Assembly: GCF_018350175.1 (NCBI RefSeq)
Contig: NC_058377.1
Location: 21,142,001 to 21,206,000, forward strand
Source: Felis catus
Taxonomy: Eukaryota
Direction of reading: 5' to 3'
Length of the DNA: 64,000 nucleotides
Shown piece by piece: positions 61,965 to 64,000 of this stretch. The translations under genes and the position numbers were made by a program. A model generated the notes under the pieces. It ran no database searches. It was not told the origin of the DNA and worked only from the letters and a program-made list of their open reading frames with translations. Within the stretch, counting starts at the first letter, position 1; each line of letters opens with the position of its first letter.

Positions 61965-62011
61965 AGGAACAAAAGATTCCCTTTGATGATGTCCTTACCA
62001 GGATGCTACAG

Positions 62012-62190
62012 CCTATTAAGAATGCCCTTACAGTGTTTACAGATGCCTTGGGGAAAACTCACAGGGCTTCTTGCCTTTGGAAAACTGGAAAAAACTGAGA
62101 ACATGTATTATACACTGGACTGGGTTCTACCCAACATTCAGAACTGTGAGCCATATTATTAGCTATAGAAATCTTTTCCCTACCCTTATT
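62012..62190 (+). pseudogene. pol: ERV pol RNase H remnant (class II)
   Basis: Frame from 62012 reads PIKNALTVFTDALGKTHRASCLWKTGKN*EHVLYTGLGSTQHSEL*AILLAIEIFSLPL (TVFTD and GSxQxxEL motifs). Confidence 0.8.
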
Positions 62191-63260
62191 GGCTCTGAGA
62201 TGTCAAGGAGCAAAGACCACCCACTTCAGATTTTCCCATCAGTATTCCAGGTAAAAGTTAACCACGGGGAACAAATTGTCAGGTGGACCCAAACGTAAGT
62301 TTGTTGGTTTGAAATAGACCTGTTTCTCAAAGGTCAAATAAGTTCATGTTATCTCTATTCCGATTCATTAGCAAAAGGATGACTTAAAGTAATGGTTAAC
62401 TTTGTCTCATAGTTTTCATGGGTAATTGTTAAGATAGCTTTAGTAACCTAAACAGTTTTGCTTGCATGACAAATTGGGATTGAATTCATTGGACATCTAG
62501 GCCTTTTCTAAATGGGATGGGATGCTAAAGCATTGATTAATAAACAAGGCTTATCTGCTTTTGGCTCTTTATTGCAGAGAAACTAAGGATATTTGGGTCT
62601 GGTGGTAAAGTAGCTTGGTGTTTTATATCTTTCTGAATTTTTTTTAAAACAAATTTTCCAAGATTTAAATTGTAAATGAAGTCTTTTTGACCAATTAAGC
62701 TTCTTTGGTATGTTAAGTTACTTCAGAAGTATTGTCAAACAAATAGTAAGTCTTAGGTTACATTGAGTAAATGCTCTAACTGTTCTAGAGATTATATGCA
62801 ATTCCTAGTTTTAATATTTTTTTGGTATAAGGTCATCACTTGATATTCTGAAGTGTTATGTGCCACAGAAATGACTGAATTTCCTTGTCAATTGCATTAG
62901 ATCTTTTAATTATGTCCATTTTTTACTCTTTTTGCCATAGTTCTGTGAGTCTTGTTGGAAGACTTCTTCACTGCTATACCTCTCAGTAGACAGGTGATTC
63001 TTTCTACTCAGGGATGCTCTGTTTCCCCTGAACTCTGTCTTTCCCTTTTGTAACTCCTCTATACCAACCCCAACTGAGCAATGTTGGCCCATAGGTAGGG
63101 ATCTCTCTATGCTCCTATTCAGCAGGAAGAAGTTACAGAAGAGAACACCATCCACCCTCAGCAACCTTAAATATTTTAAGGGTCAAAACTGTTCAGAGGG
63201 GGGATGATATGGGAAACAAAGGCAGAAGGAAATGGCAGATAAAATTAAATTTCCTTATAA
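62190..63260 (+). mobile_element. Class I (gamma-like) ERV 3' segment: AT-rich internal region, env end, PPT and U3 stub
   Basis: YAPIQQEEVTEE-type env tail at ~63110-63145, PPT AGAGGGGGGA (63195-63204), then an LTR start TGATATGGGAAACAAAGGCAG at 63205 that stops after ~55 bp; left boundary approximate. Confidence 0.65.
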
Positions 63261-63535
63261 TCCACAAGGCCATGCAATTGTAGAATGAGCACATAATAAA
63301 CTTAAAAATGTGTTAAAAAAACAAAAAAGGGGGAATTACCCATGGCTGTCTTCATTACAACCACAACTTCTCGATTGTGCTGTGATCATTCTTAACTTTT
63401 TAAATCTTTGACCCTCAAGTACTAACCACAGCCGAGCTACATTCTTTAAAATCAGATAAAACCTCAATATGCTTGTGTTCTTTCAGATTCCTGACTTCTG
63501 TGGATTCCCTCAGTTGGTGAAGCCGTATCATGACA
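63253..63535 (+). pseudogene. pol: ERV pol integrase remnant (class II)
   Basis: PYNPQGHAIVE*AHNKLKNVLKKQKRG...ILNFLN; later YACVLSDS*LLWIPS and, after a frameshift, LVKPYHD. Confidence 0.85.
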
Positions 63536-63559
63536 TGGTGGAGACCCCAGATACCTTTC

Positions 63560-63710
63560 AATCAACCAGGACTCTGAATGAGCAGCCACCACTCCCATTT
63601 TTCAAGATGGAAGAAACATCTCCATTGACTTCTCATCCTGAAGCCACTCCACAAATGCAAGTCCTTTCCCCTGATATAACACGGGGAAGCCTTAAACAAT
63701 TCTGACATTT
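63560..63710 (+). pseudogene. env: ERV env signal-peptide region remnant (class II)
   Basis: PDITRGSLKQF (63670-63702) resembles the class II env leader motif P..TWG.LK.L, with W>R. Confidence 0.5.
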
Positions 63711-63833
63711 ATTAGGTATTATATTACATAATCCTATTATTGAAAAACCTGTCATTTTTGTAATAAATCCTCTCTGGTCTGAGCACATTATCTTCTTAAT
63801 TGTGCTGGATTCTGTTTAGAAATATAATATTTA

Positions 63834-64000
63834 GGGGGCTCCTGAGTGGCTTAGTCTGTTAAGCATCCGACTCTTGATTTCAGCTCAGGTGGTGATCTCA
63901 TGGTCATGGGATCAAGCCCCACGTTGGGCTCCATGCTGTGTGTGAAGCCAGTTTAAGAGTCTCTCCCCCTCACCTGCACGCATCAGCATGCACTCTCTGC
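63834..64000 (+). mobile_element. Can-SINE (older), running off the window end
   Basis: gggggctcctgagtggcttagtctgttaagcatccgactcttgatttcagctcagg head. Confidence 0.9.

Overview
This is felid (cat-family) genomic DNA, judged from abundant tRNA-derived carnivore SINEs (Can-SINE/SINEC, including young CpG-intact cat-type copies) and carnivore L1 fragments. It is AT-rich and looks like a draft assembly, with nine N gaps. The window is part of a class II olfactory receptor (OR) cluster, apparently syntenic with the human 11q24 OR8/OR10 cluster (inference from family content). Six OR loci lie on the + strand: three OR8G-family genes (8626-9585 intact; 15267-16203 broken by a single extra T; 27824-28759 intact), one intact OR10D-family gene (33664-34596), one intact family-8 OR with an unusual TM3 (51191-52114) and one decayed family-8 pseudogene (~57652-58600). 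Most notable observations: (1) A heavily deleted class II (betaretrovirus-like) endogenous retrovirus starts at 60293. Its primer-binding site matches tRNA-Trp rather than tRNA-Lys, its leader is a minisatellite built from the 3' half of that PBS, and a class I ERV env-end/PPT/U3 segment sits inside its pol, joined at a microhomology. (2) There is patchwork gene conversion among the three OR8G paralogues that spares the TM3-TM5 region. (3) A ~320-bp inverted duplication surrounds an AT-only core (real or an assembly artefact). (4) Several candidate OR promoter elements (homeodomain and O/E-Ebf sites) are present. Family and subfamily names come from memory of homologues, not from database searches.
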